A DNA stretch of 15,883 nt. It comes from an uncultured archaeon. Lineage in GTDB: Archaea > Asgardarchaeota > Heimdallarchaeia > Heimdallarchaeales > Kariarchaeaceae. The stretch is from positions 1-15,883 of the forward strand of contig CAZYCQ010000063.1 in assembly GCA_964645535.1 (NCBI GenBank), read 5' to 3'. How positions within the stretch are numbered: the stretch's first letter is position 1; every line of letters begins with the position of its first letter. Shown here piece after piece: positions 14,376-15,883 of the stretch. A model generated the notes under the pieces. It ran no database searches and had not been told where the DNA came from. It saw only the letters and a list, made by a program, of their open reading frames with translations. A program made the translations under genes and the position numbers.

Positions 14376-15883
14376 ATGGAAAAAAAATGGATCAGCCACA
14401 CCCCAATGATGAAACAATGGGTCAAAATGAAAACTGAATTGGGGGAGGATGTTATTCTTTTTTGCCGCATTGGTGATTTCTATGAGCTATTCTATGAGGA
14501 TGCAATTGTAGGCGCAAAAGAGCTTGACATAGCCCTGACCTCCCGAAAAATCGGTAATACCCAACATCCTTTGGCAGGGGTTCCTGTAAGAAGCGTAGAT
14601 TCCTATGTAAGCAGACTTGTTTCAAAAGGATATAAAGTTGCAATCGCAGATCAGCTAGAGGATCCTAAAGCCGTAAAAGGTGTGGTTAAACGAGGCATCA
14701 CCCGAATTGTCACTCAAGGTACACTTGTTGACGATACACTTCTTAATGCAGGAAAGAACAATTACATTGCAGCCTTAGTCAAAGATAAATCCAGAGGAAA
14801 TCTTTCCTTTGGTTTGGCAATTGCTGATCTGTCTGTTGGGGATTTCTTTGTGAAAGAATTCATGGGGGATGAGGCAGAATCCCTGTTAAAATATTCCCTT
14901 GACATAACCTCGCCTGTTGAGTACATTTTTCCGGAAAGTTTGGAAGATACGGTAGAGGAACTTATCAAGGATGAAGTAGGGCGAAAGATTACCCTTACGC
15001 CTAAGCCGGATTTTTGGTTTGATTTACAGGAGGCAACAGAGGTTCTTCATGAACATTTTGAGGTTCGGTCATTGAAAGGCTTTGGAATTGCAGATAAAAG
15101 CCTTGCAGCTGCATCAGCAGGTGCCCTCATTCGCTACTTGATGGAAACCCAAATGAGAAAAATATCCAACATCACCCGACTCCAAATTCTGAATCTCAAC
15201 AATGTCATGATGTTGGACAAATCGGTCATTAGGTCATTAGAGATTTTTGAAAATACTTTTGATCATTCTGAAACCGGAACCCTAGTATCACTTCTTGATC
15301 AGACAATGACCCCCATGGGGAGCAGAATGCTACGAAAATGGCTTTCGGCTCCGCTTGTTGATCCAAAGGAGATCCAAAAAAGATGGTCCATCGTAGAAAC
15401 TTTGCTTAATGAAGAGTTATGGCAGAATAATCTTAGAGCTGCACTTGAAACCATACACGACATTGAACGTATTGCAACTCGAATATCATTGGAATTGGCA
15501 AAACCTCCAGAGCTCATAAAGCTTAAGGATTCCCTTCAAAAACTTCCTGAAGTTATTGAACCGCTGAGACAGTTAACTACAAACGCAGAAATATCTGCCA
15601 TTTTAGATCAATTTGATACCCTTGATGATGTATTGGAATATCTGACAAAATGGATTCATCCCGAGCCGGCTTCATCCCCTGCTGATGGGTCTGTCATTGC
15701 GGTTGGGGTCAATTCACGGTTGGATGAATTACGAGGGATTTTACAGGAAGGTGAGACATGGGTTAAACGGTATCAGGAGGAACAAATACGGAAAACCGGG
15801 ATTTCCTCACTTAAAATAAAACAAAACAGACAACTTGGTTACTATATTGAAGTAACAAGAAAGAACACCAATAAAGTTCCTCC
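14376..15883 (+). CDS. mutS: DNA mismatch repair protein MutS (MutS1), 3'-truncated by window edge
   Basis: Not in the ORF track because there is no stop in the window. Manual translation: MEKKWISHTPMMKQW..FCRIGDFYELFYEDA..LAGVP..GYKVAIADQLED..RIVTQGT..TPMGSRMLRKWL..DIERI..LGYYIEVT. Mismatch-binding F-x-E motif intact. The in-frame TAA at 14358 fixes the earliest ATG at 14376. Confidence 0.97.
   Translation, partial: MEKKWISHTPMMKQWVKMKTELGEDVILFCRIGDFYELFYEDAIVGAKELDIALTSRKIGNTQHPLAGVPVRSVDSYVSRLVSKGYKVAIADQLEDPKAVKGVVKRGITRIVTQGTLVDDTLLNAGKNNYIAALVKDKSRGNLSFGLAIADLSVGDFFVKEFMGDEAESLLKYSLDITSPVEYIFPESLEDTVEELIKDEVGRKITLTPKPDFWFDLQEATEVLHEHFEVRSLKGFGIADKSLAAASAGALIRYLMETQMRKISNITRLQILNLNNVMMLDKSVIRSLEIFENTFDHSETGTLVSLLDQTMTPMGSRMLRKWLSAPLVDPKEIQKRWSIVETLLNEELWQNNLRAALETIHDIERIATRISLELAKPPELIKLKDSLQKLPEVIEPLRQLTTNAEISAILDQFDTLDDVLEYLTKWIHPEPASSPADGSVIAVGVNSRLDELRGILQEGETWVKRYQEEQIRKTGISSLKIKQNRQLGYYIEVTRKNTNKVP

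Noticed and set aside
221-15517. Remaining short ORF-track entries (e.g. 221-748, 1474-1767, 1488-1871, 2120-2545, 6457-6990, 12363-12749, 15299-15517)
   Set aside because: They lie antisense or out of frame within well-supported genes, have Ser/Phe/Ile-rich shadow composition and show no motifs.
1-15883. CRISPR array, tRNA/rRNA, IS or prophage elements
   Set aside because: No spaced direct repeats, cloverleaf or GC-rich structured tracts, transposase/integrase motifs or terminal repeats were seen, and the intergenic gaps are short.

Overview
Gene-dense, AT-rich archaeal chromosomal window. Archaeal origin is inferred from an Rpo5/RpoH domain, a C-terminal PCNA-type PIP box, TATA-like boxes about 25-30 nt before start codons and an AGGTGA Shine-Dalgarno. 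The eukaryote-like RPB5 architecture suggests Asgard archaea, but that assignment is inference. Gene order: corA, a small ORF, a helical hypothetical, mdh, a surface-anchored prenyltransferase/squalene-oxidase-repeat protein, a 48-aa membrane microprotein, a degenerate Hef/FANCM-like SF2 helicase, an extended SDR epimerase, a eukaryote-type (subfamily II) NADP-IDH, a CYTH/CyaB protein, a beta-propeller membrane protein, a cytoplasmic GGT-family enzyme, a 461-aa Rpo5/RPB5 protein, and a divergent HEAT-repeat / DUF2797 / mutS cluster (mutS runs off the window and is missing from the ORF track). Two observations stand out. First, the RNA polymerase subunit 5 has a full eukaryote-like RPB5 'jaw' domain plus two further tandem jaw-like repeats and a poly-Lys linker, and it lies outside the rpoH-B-A operon. 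Second, a GIY-YIG-like, Cys-rich DUF2797 protein ending in a PIP box sits directly upstream of mutS, a candidate clamp-coupled repair nuclease module. No rRNA, tRNA, CRISPR array or mobile element was seen.
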